From: the human T2T-CHM13v2.0 reference genome, Homo sapiens | Reading direction: 5' to 3' (one strand) | Assembly: GCF_009914755.1 (NCBI RefSeq) | Contig: NC_060937.1 | DNA length: 64,000 bases | Part shown: one piece after another, positions 40,528 through 56,430 of the stretch | Layout of the letters: the number at the start of each line of letters is the position of its first letter | Position numbering within the stretch: position 1 is the first letter of the stretch | Notes under the pieces: generated by a model | What the model saw: the letters and a program-made list of their open reading frames with translations, nothing else | Told to the model about the DNA's origin: nothing | Databases searched by the model: none | Translations under genes and position numbers: made by a program

Positions 40528-43500
40528 TGGCATTTTCTTTAATTAGAACTAGATGTCTCATTGAATGGCGCACCAAAGTATGAACCTCGAGACTTTGTCA
40601 CAAAGGGCTCTGTGACCTTGGGTAGGGCACATGACTTCTTTAAAGGAGTCTCCTGAGGGCTTCACACCTTGCTCAAATGGGCCTTCCAGAGCTTTGCACA
40701 CCCCTCCCCCTACCCTTCTCTCTGAACCTGCCCTTTCTCCACGCAATGGCCTTGGCTCTCCAAGAGTCACCCTGGCCCCATTGCAGCCCCTGCTGCTGGG
40801 GCATCCTCCCCGGTTCATTGACTCCTTCCTTCTCTTACACCAGTGCCTTACATGCAGTTGCTGATAGAAAATACATATTTGAGCGTTGAAGGAATGTAAA
40901 ACTCCATTGCTAAAACGAAGCTAGGGCCTTTCTTAGGATGGAGGACATGAAAGAAAATGCCACTTCCAAAGCTCCACACTCCATCAGATTGACAAGTTAG
41001 CTGGGATCAGATAATAATAGCCATTTCATGTCTTGATTAAAAACCTCACACAGACTCCACAGAACTGTTGATAAACTAGAGCAAAAGGAATTCACAGTTC
41101 CATTCTTCTTATAAACCAAACTAAAATGCTGACTTTCGAAATCCTTTTTTCCGACCTCCTGATGGAAAGTTTTGACAAGTGTAGCACTGAAGCATTTCCC
41201 CCTCTCTGCTAGAGGAGAAATGGCAATCTTCAAAGACCATTGTTTTGTTTTATTCGCTTCCAATTCATTCTTAGTAAACAATTGCAGGATTTCTAAAAAG
41301 ACCAGACCATAGTAGTTACCAGACATGAGATGCTTTCTAAAAGCTACTTTGAATAGAAATGTTTTCTCTGAATCTGTCTTCCCTCATGCAGCAGGAAGAA
41401 TGTCTGAAGCTATGCTACCTTCATATAGAAACAGCGTCCACAGTCAGTCTTCCCAGTTGGGTTTATCTCAGCGGTCCTTTAGAGGTGGTCTACACAAGAC
41501 TCTAAATGTTCCTGCCTGTGAGCGGTCTTCTACTAGACTACTTCAATAATAAAGAGAAAACTACTAGATTGTTTTGCAAAGTTTTGAAATTACTGTTGTT
41601 GTTTTCTTCTGGAGACAGTAAAATAATAGCCAAGGGGAGAAAATGGCACAAATGATCAAACCAAGCAACCGTATGCACATTTTCCTCCCTGAGGGGCCTT
41701 TGAATTTGCCACCTAAATGCTGCATGCAGTGGGTACCCCAGGAAGGAGGAAATGGGGTCCCTTCATCTCTGCTTTATTTTGTCCATCATTAAATCAGAAG
41801 GACATGGTTAGTGTCCTTCATCTTCGAAGGGTGAAGATGGCTGCATACATTGTCTGTTACTATCATTGACATTAGGGTAAACATATAATAAATGTATTTT
41901 TAAATGAAACAGTCATTTCAAAATGTCCTTAGGAAGCTGGTCAACCTGAGGCCCTGAGCTGCCTGCACTTCTGAGCCCTCTGGCATCTCACCCAAATGAG
42001 TTCATTGTGGTGTAGACCACTGAAGCGCTCAAGGTGTCAGAGGTCTGACTCACCTGGGAAGCACAAAGCAGGCCTTCCAAAGGCCATATGTCCCCACTGA
42101 TTAGAAAGATCAAAACACCCCTGTCCCTTTCCTCTCTGTGTCCAGCCTAGAGGTTTGCATTCTAGGAGAATGGCAGCAGCCAGACACCTCCCAGGAACCC
42201 GATGTAAGCCCTGTATCGATGGCAGCTTCCTGCGAAGCCACTGTGAGCGTGTGAAAAATCCCCACCGTAGGAACAAAAGTTTTTGTATCTAAAACACTGT
42301 TGGGGTGAATAACTCTTAGAGGTTTGGAACCAGAAATAAAGAAAAAGAACAAAATAAAATGGAAGTAATTAATGTTGGGTAAATAATATCTTTGGCCTAA
42401 CAAGTTCTTGGCTCCATTGTCAGCATCCGTGTTTTCTATTAAATTGTTGTCTTTGTGAGGCATTATTACAGTTCTTCCCTCTTAAAGTCTGTTTTGAATA
42501 AAGAAACCGAAGGTTGGATGAATTCTATAGTTAGGTTGGTCTCTCTCTAATGAAGATTAAAGTTCTGGCATGTCTTAGCTCTGCATGGCAATAATTACTT
42601 TTAAGAAAATGCACTTAGGGTGGTGATTATGGCATTGTAAAAGTCTTATGAAAATGAGATGTATGTCAAGAGAACCTTACTATCAAAATCAGTTTTGTGC
42701 ATTGCACCCATGCTTCGCATCTGTCAGCAAAAGCAGGCTTTCTCAGGTTTGGTGAAAGGAATATTGCCGTGGCCTTTGAGGACTGATGAGTTTCCACTAA
42801 TTTAGAGCAAAATTAACAGAATCCTATGAGCCTGGAGGAAGCAGTTCACTTTTGTTTGTGTTGCTTTTAGCATACTGCTCATTTCAACCCTGCTTAGAGA
42901 AGTGGCAGATCTTATACCCTCAGGCAGCTGGGATATGCCAGCCACAGAGGGCAAGATCCATAATCTTTAACAGATTTTACTGTACACGTTCACAGCCCCA
43001 ACCGGCCATACCATTGCAACCTAAAAGAAAGAGAGGATTGAATAAGCAGTCCAGAAAATTCAAGCAAAACTCTGAAACAGGAAGCCAGGCTTCCTGCACT
43101 TGAAGGCCTTGGGGTAAATTCCTCATCATTTAACACCTGAAATTTTGCAAATATTTGGACTTCTCTTCGAAGAATGATAGAATTATTGGTCTAGAACATC
43201 GACTAGTCTTCTCCCAGCCCCGTATTCAGGAAGGACAGAAGAATGCATTGGAGACTGATGAATATCCACTCTGTTCTAAGGACTCCAGGGAGAGAAATTG
43301 GATAGACTTTACTGGTAACTTAAGGAAAGACAAAAAGGCGTAGGTTTATATATATCCAGAGTAAAATTCACAAAGGCCTCAAGTCATTAAAGGTATTACA
43401 TACTATTGCAAAAGAAAATAATCCAACTCCCAAAAGTTGAACTAAGAAAGTTCCTCTTCTTCCAAATAAGGTTTTACTTAGAGACTTTCAGTCCCACTTA

Positions 43501-43998
43501 AAACTTCAAAGCAATAAGCTTCATTTCACAGCTTCACTAAATGAAACCTAATGGTAGACATGCCTTTGACTAGACATAAAGTAAGCATTCTTTCTAGAGA
43601 AAATAAATAGAAAGAGAGGTTTCTTTCTATTTCCTTATCAGCTTCACCTCTTTCTTAGAAATGATTGCTCGTCTGGACAGCATTTGTCATGAGTTTGTTT
43701 TCACTTTAAAGCATGAAGGGGAGAGATGACCAGGGAGTGATACCCATCTGCTCATCTTCAAGGATTGCGTAGGAGTTGAGCTGTAGAGGTTTCACTGCAG
43801 AAAGCCAGTATTGTCAAGAATCATCCTGAGAACATGTAATTAATCTCTACAAATGGTAGAATAGTTACATTAGTGCCATAATTTGTTATATTTAAGCTAT
43901 TTTTCTAATTCACAATCAACTAAGGCCAAAGAAAAGGGGGGGGGGGGTTGAGCTCAATAATAGCATTAGGATGTTTAATGTGAAATCCAAGAAGACTA

Positions 43999-44325
<327 letters not shown>

Positions 44326-44347
44326 TTAGAGTTACAGTATGGCTATT

Positions 44348-44584
44348 CAGGTTGACCATTCCTAATCCAAAAATCCAAAATCTGAAGGGCTCCAAAATCA
44401 GAACCCTTTTGAGCACCGACCTGGCACTCAAAGGTCATCTCGTTGGAGCATTTTGGATTTCAGATTTTTCAGTTTAGGGTTGCTCAACCAGTAAGTACGT
44501 GCAGATATTTGAAAATTCAAAAAACTCCCAAATCCAAAACACTTCTGGTCCCAAGCATGTCAGATAAGGAGCACTCACCCTCTG
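44348..44584. mobile_element. Tigger4a/MER46A DNA transposon
   Basis: caggttgaccattcctaatccaaaaatcc … cacttctggtcccaagcat…gataagg…actcacc; internal palindrome 44350-44490. Confidence 0.88.
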
Positions 44585-45277
44585 ATGAGCTTCAATCATT
44601 GTGAGACCTTTAAAATCTAACACCATTAATAGAGAGCACTATTAACACTATGGACAAGTGGTTCTTCCAGCCAGAATGCCCATCGGTAGCACTCAACAGG
44701 TGGCACTATGGCATAGGCTATGGTTAATAAAACTGCAACAAAGGAAAATTTTAGCTTTAACACGTGCCGACTTCTCTGCAGCAATCCCACCCTTCCCGCC
44801 TCAGCTTACAAATACGCACTAACTCAGATACCTCAATGATACTCAGGTGACTCCAGCCAGCCTCACCCCAAAGCTCCCCATCGCACAGATGAGCCTTCTC
44901 TCCCATCATCCACCCACCAGCCCCCTGTCCAGCCCCACTTTCTTCAATTCATTGATCGCAGCACAGCATAGGGAAGAACATGATTTATTGAATCTTTTCC
45001 ATCCTAAAGTATTAATTATCAATAGCTGCAATATACCCTGACTTCATAGGAAAACCTGCACCTCATTCTAATCACCTTGTTCTGAGCGTCTCACTTTCCT
45101 TCTTAGGTCTTGACCTTAAGATTTCAACTTTACTTTCTAGCCGCTGCCTGATCAACGTGGAGTGAAGTGAAATGATTTCCCCCTGTATTTGGAAGCTGTA
45201 CTTCTAAAACTCTGTCCTAGAATCACATCACTCTCTTTTACCAACCAGATTATTGCATTGCATTGGCTCACTAGTAA

Positions 45278-45641
<364 letters not shown>

Positions 45642-48600
45642 TTTGTATTTTGTTGTTGTTGTTGTGTTGTTGTTGTTTTTCTGCTTCTTCACTCTTGGAT
45701 TTCCACTTGTGCAGTTAATTTTTGAACTTGATTCAGGATTTTGTTTTGATTCCTGTTAAATTGTGGAAAGGTGCAGCTACAGTTGCTGATGTGGAGATGG
45801 AGAAATTGAAGGTGTTCTTCTGCCCTTGATTTTCCTCTCTCCCTCTCTCCTACTTGTCTAATACTGATCTAATTCAGACATAGACAGTCCATGAAGATGG
45901 CTATTGACCAAAGAGGAGATTTCTAAATGCTAATTCCTACTAGTATTTTTGGGACTTTATTTTGAGGATAGCATGGATGAAAAGGGATAGCTATGCAGCC
46001 ATCTGCATACCCTCAAGTTGAATAATCAGACTGAGGAAGTTAACAAAAAGAACTTTGTGGGTGGAAATGAACTCCTTAATTCCAGAAGATTAAAAAGACT
46101 TCTTTAGTAGAAGGAAATAAAGTTTAACAAAAAGGGTGCCCTTCAAAAATGTCAGTTATCTTGGAAGGAAAGATGAGTAATGGAAATCCCGGTTGATCAC
46201 AAAGATGAATAAGATGCGTCCTTTAAAACTGGCATTTATGGAGGACAAGGGTTCTTCACCAGCACTCTGCATCCTTTCCTAGCAGCCGCTGACATAGTAA
46301 GAGAAGCCTCTGGAATTATCTTATTGCATAGAATTAGTTATTAATTATTCCTACCATTAAGATACTTATGATACAACAAAGAAGCTCAGGATCTTAAAGT
46401 GTACATGATGTGCGTTGTATGTGTGTGTGCATGTACCTAGACCTATTTACATTTATGTTCTGAAATTGTATACATCTTATATTTACCAAGTATTTATATA
46501 TTTTCTGTATGCGTGTATTTCCAGGGGAATAACAATGTACTATCCTAGAAAATCTTTTCAACCTCCAGTGCTCAACATAGGATTTTAGTTATTTTTAGCA
46601 CTTAATCTTATCTGAGAACTTAAAATGAAACCCAGTGTGTGTTTTTTTAATGTCCTGCAACTTTATTAGAAGACACTGTTGCTTTTTAAAATTTATCATG
46701 TTTTTATATCAAGCCTGTGCCAGATGTTCCTAAGTGTTTTGAACAATAGCTGGTTTTGAAACCATCAGGCGCTCTCCACGTAGCTCTGCTGTGAGCATCG
46801 ATACTCCCTGCTCTCTGAGCATAGTGTAGGGCGGGCGGCGGGCCGTCTGGGATATGGGAAAGCCTGGGGCCTGGGCGCTGCAAAGACTGTTCTGCCTGGG
46901 GTCTGACGTTGGCCGTGCCGGGAGCTCATTGTCTTTCCGTCTCCCCCAGTTCTTATCCTACTGATCTCTATATGCTGTTGGCTTTGAGACAATAGGAACT
47001 CCAGAAATGAACAGACAGGGAATTGGCTCATGGAGGGGAAAGGAGGCAGGAGTGGGTGGACAAGGCCGGAACCACATTTGCACCCTGAGGAGCTGGGAGA
47101 TTCCGCTCACCTCTCTCTCTCTCTGTAAGAATGCTACATCCCACTCAGGGGGTTTCCAATTGTCCTTACTCTAGTTGGCAGGAACTTAAAACATAACTGA
47201 AGCATGAACAACTGGGTATTTTGATGAATGATTGACAACATCCCATTGTCTTCAGAGCCCAGCACACCGGGCCGGTCATTCCACTGTTGAGGTGGTTCCT
47301 TGAGAGAGGGGGCAGAGGACCCTGTGCGGGGGTGGGATCAAGCACAAAGAGAAAACTTTCCCAAAACCCTTCAACAGACTTTTTTGTTTAAGAAAATAAT
47401 AATGTTTCCGTCTCTGAACACCAAGTCAGGTGACCCGTTTTTCCTTCATGTGATTTGTGAGCTATTTCAGAACCTCGTAAGTCTCTCTGACAGGTCAGGA
47501 ATGGGGAAATGAGAAGTGTCATCCTGTAGAGTTTCTCTTCTCTGGAATTTGTCTTGTGTTATTTTTTAATAAAAATAATCAGTGTTATGCTATTGTTTCA
47601 AATCTGGAGACATTTTACTCTTTGTGTATCATTGCCTTTCTTTTTTAATGTGTGTTATTTCTGGAAGGCAGGCAAGCTTTTTTCTTGTTTGTAAAGATCT
47701 CTTCTCCTGTTGCCAAGAGAGATAACCTGAAAAGACAGAAAATTGCCAACTTAAACTGTAGATATCATTCCATTGATTTATTCACAGAGCTTTAAATCTT
47801 ATTTTGTGGCCACTACAGTGAAGCAAATATTATTTTAAAAGCTTCATATGAAATAATCATTAGTAGCTTGTTCCATTTTAAAAATTGCAGGTGTTTCCTA
47901 TGCCTTTGGGCAGGTTTTGTTGTTTGTCTTTTGTTTGTGTGTCTAAATTTCCCATTGTCTGGGATGTGCACACTGCATGTCATGGAAGGTCATTGTTCTG
48001 GTTCACATGATTTTATTTCCAAACTGTGGTATAGGTTCTAATGTATGTTGGCTGCTGTGTAGCTGTGTACCCATTTCTTACTAGCCATGTGGTTTAGTGA
48101 CTAAACAGTTTATTTCTTTATACATAATATTTCTCTGAGTTGGGATGTCTGTTACCTGTTTTCACAGTTTAAAAGGAAGCATAATGATTTAGTTGTAAGT
48201 TTTTTCTGCCAGCACTATGAATCATTTGGGGTGTCTGATCCACTTGAATAGCACATGTGGGCTGCAGAATATTCATATTGATGGAACAACCCAAACTTTA
48301 GGATTTCCATTCTACCTGCCACCCAACCAGTACCAACTGTGTTGTGAACGCATTTTTTAGGTAGGGAAATGATTTACAAATGTTAGCCTTCTTTACCTTC
48401 ACAGAGTTGATATTTAATTGGACCATTAGTAGCAAGTACAAATCTTAAGAACGTTTTAAATCTTGCCTTCAGAGGGCATCTATGGTAGAGGGCTTTGGGT
48501 AGTGAAATATTTGACTACTTTTCTTAAAAAAGCAAAAATCAGAACAACTTATAGAACAGTCCTCCTGATGTGATCAGCTAAAAAGAAATTTGAAGCAGCC

Positions 48601-49239
48601 ATTAGACTTAGGTAAAACTTAGGATTTAAGCAAAAAGCTGCTCTCTCCTGTCCTCATGTGTGGCTTATTCACACTCAGGGGTGTCTCCTGTGTTGAATAA
48701 AGTGGCCTCCAGCTACAGCCACTGCTTACACATGCTTGGTTGTGCACATGAGAGATAAATACCCAAGCCGCAGGGTGTGAGGACGTAGAAATCCAGGGCA
48801 TCCCTAAAATTATATCAAACTCTGCCAAACTGCCTGAGAATCTATGACATCCTAATGCCTCCGTCCTCCAGCATCTGTGGAGTTGGCTCCTTTCCGCCTC
48901 TGTGTTTTCCTTATCCCTTGTTGAGTGTAAGTTAATCGGGCACATGCCAAGGGGCAGCATCCGTTTTCTTTTTACCCCCTTTTGGATGCTAAGGCTCTTC
49001 AAGGATATAATGCAGCCCTGTGCAGCCGTGGCCAGTTTTTGCACGGCCGCAGTAGAGACTTGGCACCCTGGAATATCTCCACCAATTATCCAGCTTGAGA
49101 GTTTTCAACTGAACTGAAGTTTTATTAATGTTCATCATAATCGTGTCACGTCCAATTTTAGTACTTGGTATGAATTAGAGAAAAAAGGAGAAAACGATGG
49201 CCCGTTGGGTCAGCATGCATTGTCATGATACCCAGCATT

Positions 49240-49435
49240 GATTGACAGCTTACGGTGGTCCCGGGGCGATGGGAGCACTTTACATCCATTCACACTTCCT
49301 CCTTAGGGCAGCTCCGTGATGTAACCCACTTTTACAAGGAGGAAATTAATTGAAGAACAATGATGTGAGCTGCCCAAAATCACATCATTAGAGAGTTAAG
49401 GAACCAAACTCTGACCCGAGATCTGGAGCCAACAC
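49240..49435 (-). mobile_element. MIR SINE fragment
   Basis: agcactttacatccatt…cccacttttacaaggaggaaatt…gctgcccaaaatcacatc…gaacc. Confidence 0.6.
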
Positions 49436-50636
49436 TTAACTTTCCCTGAGGGGCATCCTTTAAAATCTGGGTATGATGATGCACCTTGAAACTCAGTTGT
49501 TCAAAATTATTCTTTCTTTCTCAACCTTTAACTTCCACATCAACTCTTTCTCTCCCTAAACAAAATCACTAAACCAAAGAAGCAAAAGTCTATAAGGCCA
49601 CAGTTTTGTGAATTAAATATCCATCCTTTTCCCCATCTGTTTGCGTTTATCCTACTCTCTTTCCTCTTTTGGAAGCAGCTCTGTTCCAGGAACTGGCAAA
49701 TCGATTTGGCTCTTTTTGCTTTCCTCTTTGCTCACAGGGAATCTCCTCTTTGAAAACCAGAAAGGTTCTCCAAATATAGCAAATGCTTTCCTCATCTCCA
49801 TCCATCCTAGTTACCCCTCTCCTCCTCTCCTCCCACTCTCCTGCTCTGTCCCACTGCTCCACCCCTGACTCTGCTAACCTCATGCCGATTATACTTCTGT
49901 AGTTTCATTAAGTGGATAGTTTTCCCCTCTTCAGAAGCATTCCTGAGTCAAGAACACCCTGAATGCACTGGAAGTTGTTCAAGTCTTACCCTCTAAGTCA
50001 AGGTGAGATACTGTGTAGATCTGCCAATTAATCTCCTTAGAGGATTATTTAATCCTAAAAGAAATTCTTATAGCTCCTGGTTTTAAGCCCTTTCTTTACT
50101 GGGGCCCTTTTACTTTAGTCCTTATCTACTCCAATAAGGCACATAGAAGACATTCCTCACTATAAGATGTGTGGGGTTAGAGCTGTTGCCCAATTGGACT
50201 CTGAGATGCGATACTTCTCGCCATTCAGGTGTGAGGATGGCTCACCGGGTAAGCATCTTGACTTTGGCATCACATTCCAGCCCTTACACCTCTGTCCCAG
50301 CCCCTGGGTGAGCCATGTTCCCCTTTGCCGTCGAATTCTGCCTCTGAAAATGGAATCATAGTTACTGCCTCCAGCAGCTCCAATGTGGCGATGGTATTGA
50401 GAGATCAGCGCAGTGCCTGTCACAGTGCAGAGGCTCAACAGATGGTGGATACTACCACGTTTTCTCTTTCTGTGGAACTTCCGCAACAGTCATCCGCAAA
50501 ATGACAGAAAATGCCAGTCAGTTGGGCATTGCAGGGACTGTTGGGTTTGTGGGCGAGCATCCCTGCAAATAGGGCTCCCATTAAAGTCTCATAAAGGAGG
50601 TATTTTGGACCTTGAGTCTTTTTAAATTTTTGACAG

Positions 50637-50943
<307 letters not shown>

Positions 50944-51739
50944 TCATCGTGATTATGCTACATCTTTATACAGGAGTGGTCCGTACAAGTTTTTATTCAT
51001 TTAATTTTTCTTCTGTGCTGCAGAAGCATTTCCTGGGCTTTTGACATTCCCTGAGTAAATTAAGGCTTTGTCAGCCTCTGTTCTGATTTGGGTGATTTAT
51101 ACATCATTATGCAGAGTAAGCACCAGTAGAATCACAGTGTCTATTTCAGCTGAACAAAATTTTTGCTAAGGAAAGAACTATCTGACATTCACTGGCTTAG
51201 GGATATTTGGGGAGACACGATAGCTTGCAGTGCAGAGTGGCCTCCTGCTTGTTCATGACAGTACGAAATGCATTCCTAAATCTCTTATGTATCACTTCTG
51301 ATCTGACTGAGAAGAACTAGGTAAGGTATAAGTAAGGAAATAGTCTCTTATCTCCACCCGCTTCACTGTTCCTGGCAGAGCAACAGTCTGGAACTGTGAG
51401 CGTCAGAAGGTCGGAGCCTGTTTTTATTGCAGTGACTCTTCTGGTTGCTGCTTGATATCACATGAGCCTCTGACCTGCTTAACTACATTTTAATCATCCT
51501 GCCTTGATTTGTATTCTTGGTAGATGAATTGTGATTCATTATTCCATAATCATTAGCCCCCCCACCCAAAAAAAAATCACTATTTTTCTGATAGTTTTGA
51601 TGGTTTTAGCAAATTTTTATATTAGTTTTGGAAACTTTACTTTTTTATAAAAATCATCGTTTTTACATTACATATTTGTTTCATGTTGCAAATTATCGGA
51701 AGGAATGCCTCTCACGCTGTAATGTGCCTGCAAGCAGCC

Positions 51740-51866
51740 TGGGCCCCTTGGTAAAGCACAGATGCTAGTTCTGCAGGCCCAGGAGGGCCTGAAGTTCTGC
51801 AGTTGTCTCAAGCTCCCCAGTGACATGGTAGCTGCTGGCCCAGGGGCCCTACTTGTAATTCAAGGC
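51740..51866. mobile_element. MER5A-like relic
   Basis: gggcctgaagttctgc…caagctccccagtgac…gctgctggcccagggg. Confidence 0.5.
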
Positions 51867-54184
51867 CCCCGAGGACCTTCCTGAAACCCCCTTGGAGAGT
51901 CGAGGCCAGGCCGAGTGCAGCCTCAGGTGTTCTCCTGAGACTGACGCATCCTGCTTGCCTTGGTGAGGCCAGGTTATTAAGCAGATAGATAATTCATTGT
52001 GTGCCTAGAAGACATATCCTAAAAGTTATCTTTCTTGCTGAGATATGGAACTAGACCTGTCTTCACTCAGTGATCGTTGATCTTTAGAATGGCCAGTGTG
52101 GTTCATCTTATTAAGGGGAAAACTTTAATTTTACTTATTACGTTGAATGTCACTATGTTCAGTTATTGATTATCCCACCAGCTTAGACTTGGGTGGTGAG
52201 TGTCTTATACACCTGAAAGCTAGGGTGGGGGTGGGGAGACTTGCTTATACCACCATGCCAGCTGTAGCATTCTGCTCATGGTCACCAGAGTGCATTGTCA
52301 GATGTTTCTTGGTTAGGACATCTGCATTCTCCATGCAACAGGTGCCATCTCTGCCCTTGCTTGGGGTCAGAGTGCTTTAATCCAGATGCAGTATTGGTTG
52401 CATCTGTCATTATCGGCTCATCTGCAGCTGTCCTTCCTGTGTGGTGAGCCTACCCCTCACTCCTGCCTGGTCACTCTCCTGACCCTCCAGTTTACTTTCT
52501 GGCTCTGGAGGTGCACTGAGCAAGGGCACACACTCTCCCTGTATCCATCTCCATCCCAGGACCCCGCACATCCCTGCAGCTGCTCCTGGGTGTGCCCACC
52601 CCACCCCCACTGGGATTTGAGCTCCCCTCAACTAATGGGCTTTCCATGGGGAATCAGGAGGGTGGGAATTGTGATTCCATTAAAATCATTTGACTCAGGA
52701 AAAGCTTTTCAAAATAATCCCCAAGGACCAACTCTTTACAGAAACTCCTCCCCCGCCTTCATATTTTTGGCTTTGACTATGGGGAAATTCATTATGTTGA
52801 GCTAACCTTGGTGAAACAATACTAAAAATAGAGATAATAGAAAAACATGTTAAAGAAGGTAAAATCATCTGAATACGTACTTTATAAAATTCAGCCTAAT
52901 ACTTAATGGCTTTATTCAGACCTAATTTGAACATATCACAAGTATATTTCAACAGAACTTTCTTCTTCACAGAACTTTTCTGGAAAAAAAAGTATACTGT
53001 CAAAATGTTTCTCTTATTAGCAATCAAAACCCAGTTTGGAAAAGTGAGTGGTTTGCTCTGAAAAACAACAAACAGGGCTTGTGGGAATTCAACAGAAGAA
53101 TAACCCACGGCTTGTAAGAATATTAAAACCACGGTCACATTTTACACAGTTTTGGCAAAAGGAATAGCCCAGGCGTCTCGAATCGAGATGTAATGTGAAA
53201 TGAAGAATTTCAACAGGGCTCATTAGGCTTTTGTTCTATCTGAGCAGAGTTTTCTGCTTTCTTGGCTAAAATAAGATGCATGCAGCTTTAATTGTATCTC
53301 CCTTTATTCAAGGTCTTCGCTGGCAACCTTAAGTATCAAGGATTTGCTGCTCAAATCATTTGTAAATAAAACTCAGATGTAAGGAAATACAGACAAGGGA
53401 GGACAAAAGTTTTGTCCAAAAAAATAGATATGGAACAAATTCAGAGAATTGTAGATATAGGAAGGACCTGATACACTAGCAAGTCTCCTTTCCCAGTTGA
53501 GGAAACTGAGGCCCTCCATGGTCCAGAGGTGCGCCTGCGGCCTCATGAGACAGAACCAGGCCCTTTCCTCCGGGTCCCTCGCCTCAGGAGATTCTCTGAG
53601 ATGGAGAAAGATTCTGGAATTACAGCCAAATCAGGAGGCCTTTTAAGATTGATTTAGGAAGAGCTAAGAGAAAATACTAAATGGAGTTGTTTCCAAGAAA
53701 CAGAAATAATCAGTGAAATTTCTTTTACAAGGAAATAATTGAAGCAAATGCCCTCTGCATGAAAAGTCGCATTAAAACCCACCCCAGTGGGCACTTCCTG
53801 AATGCAGTATTCCCTGCAGACAGCATTTGAACCATACTTAGGAAGCAAACCCTTCGAACCACTGGGAAGAATGTTCCCAGTCTGACCTAGACAGTCCTTA
53901 GACAAGGAATTCGGTCCCGCGGTGTATTTCCTTCTCCACAATGTGATCATGGTGGAGAGCTCCACATTGGTGTCGGTGGACACAGTCATGAATGGAAGCT
54001 GCTTCATATGAGGCAGAGCCTCCGTGTCCCACCTCACGCACTCTCCGGCTCCTGTAAAGGGGAGATCATGGAGCCGGGGGCATTTGGGCCCCATTTGTAG
54101 TCTTGCCTGGCCCTGACCCATCAGCACCTGCCTAGTTCCGCAGGCACGGAGAAGACTGCACCTTCTGCTCTTAGGTGGCTGCAC

Positions 54185-54390
54185 CAGGGCTTCTTGAAAA
54201 GGGGCAGCTTCCTCTCAGGGACATCAGACAAAATCTGAAGGCACTTTTGGTTGTCATACTGTGGAGAGGGTGTTTCTGGCATCTGGTGGGGCACAGGGAC
54301 GCTGCTACACATCCTATATGCACAGGACAGCCCCGTGAAGAAGAATTATCTGGTGCAGATTATCTGAAGTGCTGAAGGTGGGAGACCCTG
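54185..54390 (+). mobile_element. MER20 hAT-Charlie DNA transposon
   Basis: cttttggttgtcatactg…ctggcatctggtggg…gctgctacacatcctatatgcacaggacagcccc…aagaattatctgg…gagaccctg. Confidence 0.88.
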
Positions 54391-54699
54391 GGCTAGAGCA
54401 GTGCTCAGCACCCTAAGCTAAGAGGCGAGTACGCGTGCAGGTGCACCCGAGGGAAAGCCTTGCCCTCAGAAAGCCCCTGCAAAATTCCTTGGCGTGACCT
54501 TCCATCTTGCAGCTCATTTCTTTCATGTACTCAGCAAATACCTGAGTTCCTACTGTGTGTCAGGCTCTGTGTATACCTCAAATTGAGGAGCCAGGGGCGC
54601 CGGGCAGCAGTGGGGCTCACAGACTTTTGGCTGCAGCAGAAGCTGCAAGGCTCCTCCCTTCTCATGCACCCCCAAATCCAACTCTGGAGGTGCCATGTC

Positions 54700-54915
54700 A
54701 GGCGGGTGCACAGACCATGGAGCTGGGGTGCTGGGGTCGGAGTACTCCCCATGGACCCCCATTCGGAAGTGCGGGCTGCTGGGCACATTAGTTAATCTCT
54801 TGGCACCACCGTGTTTTATCTCTAAAATGGCAGTGTTGATGAGCCCCCCACTCCCTAGGTGGCTATGCCTGTGCACCCCTAACACATGAGAGCCACGTTA
54901 GGATGGTGTCTGGGT
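54700..54915 (+). mobile_element. MIR SINE fragment
   Basis: gggcacattagttaatctct…tatctctaaaatgg…ccactccctagg MIR core. Confidence 0.55.
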
Positions 54916-55702
54916 CCCTTGTCATTATTTGGGAGGTGCAGCTGAGCTTCCTGGTAGAAGGACTTACTTAGCAACCCGCTCCGCCTTGGAAAGCTGACCC
55001 TCCTCCACCTGCCTCCTCTCCTCCACCTTCTCCAGCCCCTCTGTGTCACCAGGCAGCTCTCTCCCGTGTCCCAGTGAGCCCTCCGCAGGCCAGCCTTCCC
55101 TTGCAATGGCCTGTGTTGCCAGCTAGTCCTGTTCTGAGAGGATCTGCTCCACTCAAACCGTCCCCACACCTTCCATGTTTGAGCAAAGCATCTGTGGATT
55201 GCAGATGAAAAGAAACTTCACCAAAGAGCACATTAGTCATGGCCTCAACCCAGCTGGGAGTGATTTGCATTTGATAACAGCTTTTTAACCCCCAGGAGCC
55301 TCTTAAGAGGTGGGTCTTGAAGGAAGTCTTCTGAGAGGCTTTTCTTCTGAGGGGAGGGTCGAACAGAGAATTTTATTTAGACTTTTCTCCCACCAGCATG
55401 GACATGAGTTATCAGTATTGTTTATGATTTTATAGAGGAGATTTTCACAAGAGGAACTTTTCCTGTGCCTTTGCCTAATGCATAGTAACTATAAGTCACT
55501 TGTTTATACAGCTTTAATGTGTTAACTGTTAAAATTTAAATATTAATATTTTAAATAAGTCTCTATTTGTATACGTGCTGACTCATCGGATTCTCACACT
55601 CACTTAGAGATAAGATGGTTTTCTATGCACACACTCACATTAGAAGAATGTAGGGATTTTTTCCATCAATATTCGGGCAAGAGGGCACTAGGAGGCTCAT
55701 CG

Positions 55703-56430
55703 AACACCCACAGGGCTCTACGTCACACCCACAAGCTCTATCTCACACCCACGGGCTCTATTTCACACCCATGAGCTCTATGTCACACCCACAAGCTCTA
55801 TCTCACACCCACGTGCTCTATCTCATACCCACGTGCTCTGTCTCACACCCATGGGCTCTGTGTCACACCCACGGGCTCTATGTCACACCCATGGGCTCTA
55901 ACTCACACCCACGTGCTCTATCTCACAACCACAGAGCTCTATCTCACACCCACGGGCTCTGTCTCACACCCACGAGCTCTATGTCACACCCACATGCTCT
56001 ATCTCACAACCACAGGCTCTATCTCACACCCATGGGCTCTATCTCACACCCACGGGCTCTATGTCACACCCACAGGCTCTATGTCACAACCACAGGCTCT
56101 ATCTCACACCCACGGGCTCTGTCTCACACCTACGGGCTCTGTCTCACACCCACGGGCTCTATCTCACACCCATGGGTCTCTATCTCACACCCACGGGCTC
56201 TATGTCACAACCAGAGGCTCTATCTCACACCCATGGGCTCTATCTCACATCCACGGGCTCTATCTCACATCCTCGGTCTCTATCTCATACCCACAGGTTC
56301 TATCTCACACCCATGGACTCTGTCTCACACCCATGGGCTCTATCTCACACCCACGGACTCTATCTCACGCCCACCGGCTCTATGTCACACCCACCGGCTC
56401 TATCTCACACCCACGGGGCTCTCACGCCCA
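55703..56430. repeat. Minisatellite/VNTR 2, 20-bp unit (cacacccacgggctctatct), ~36 copies
   Basis: Direct tandem repetition with single-base variants. Confidence 0.97.

Noticed and set aside
43936-43947. G12 homopolymer
   Set aside because: An isolated simple run with no supporting context, and its length is error-prone.
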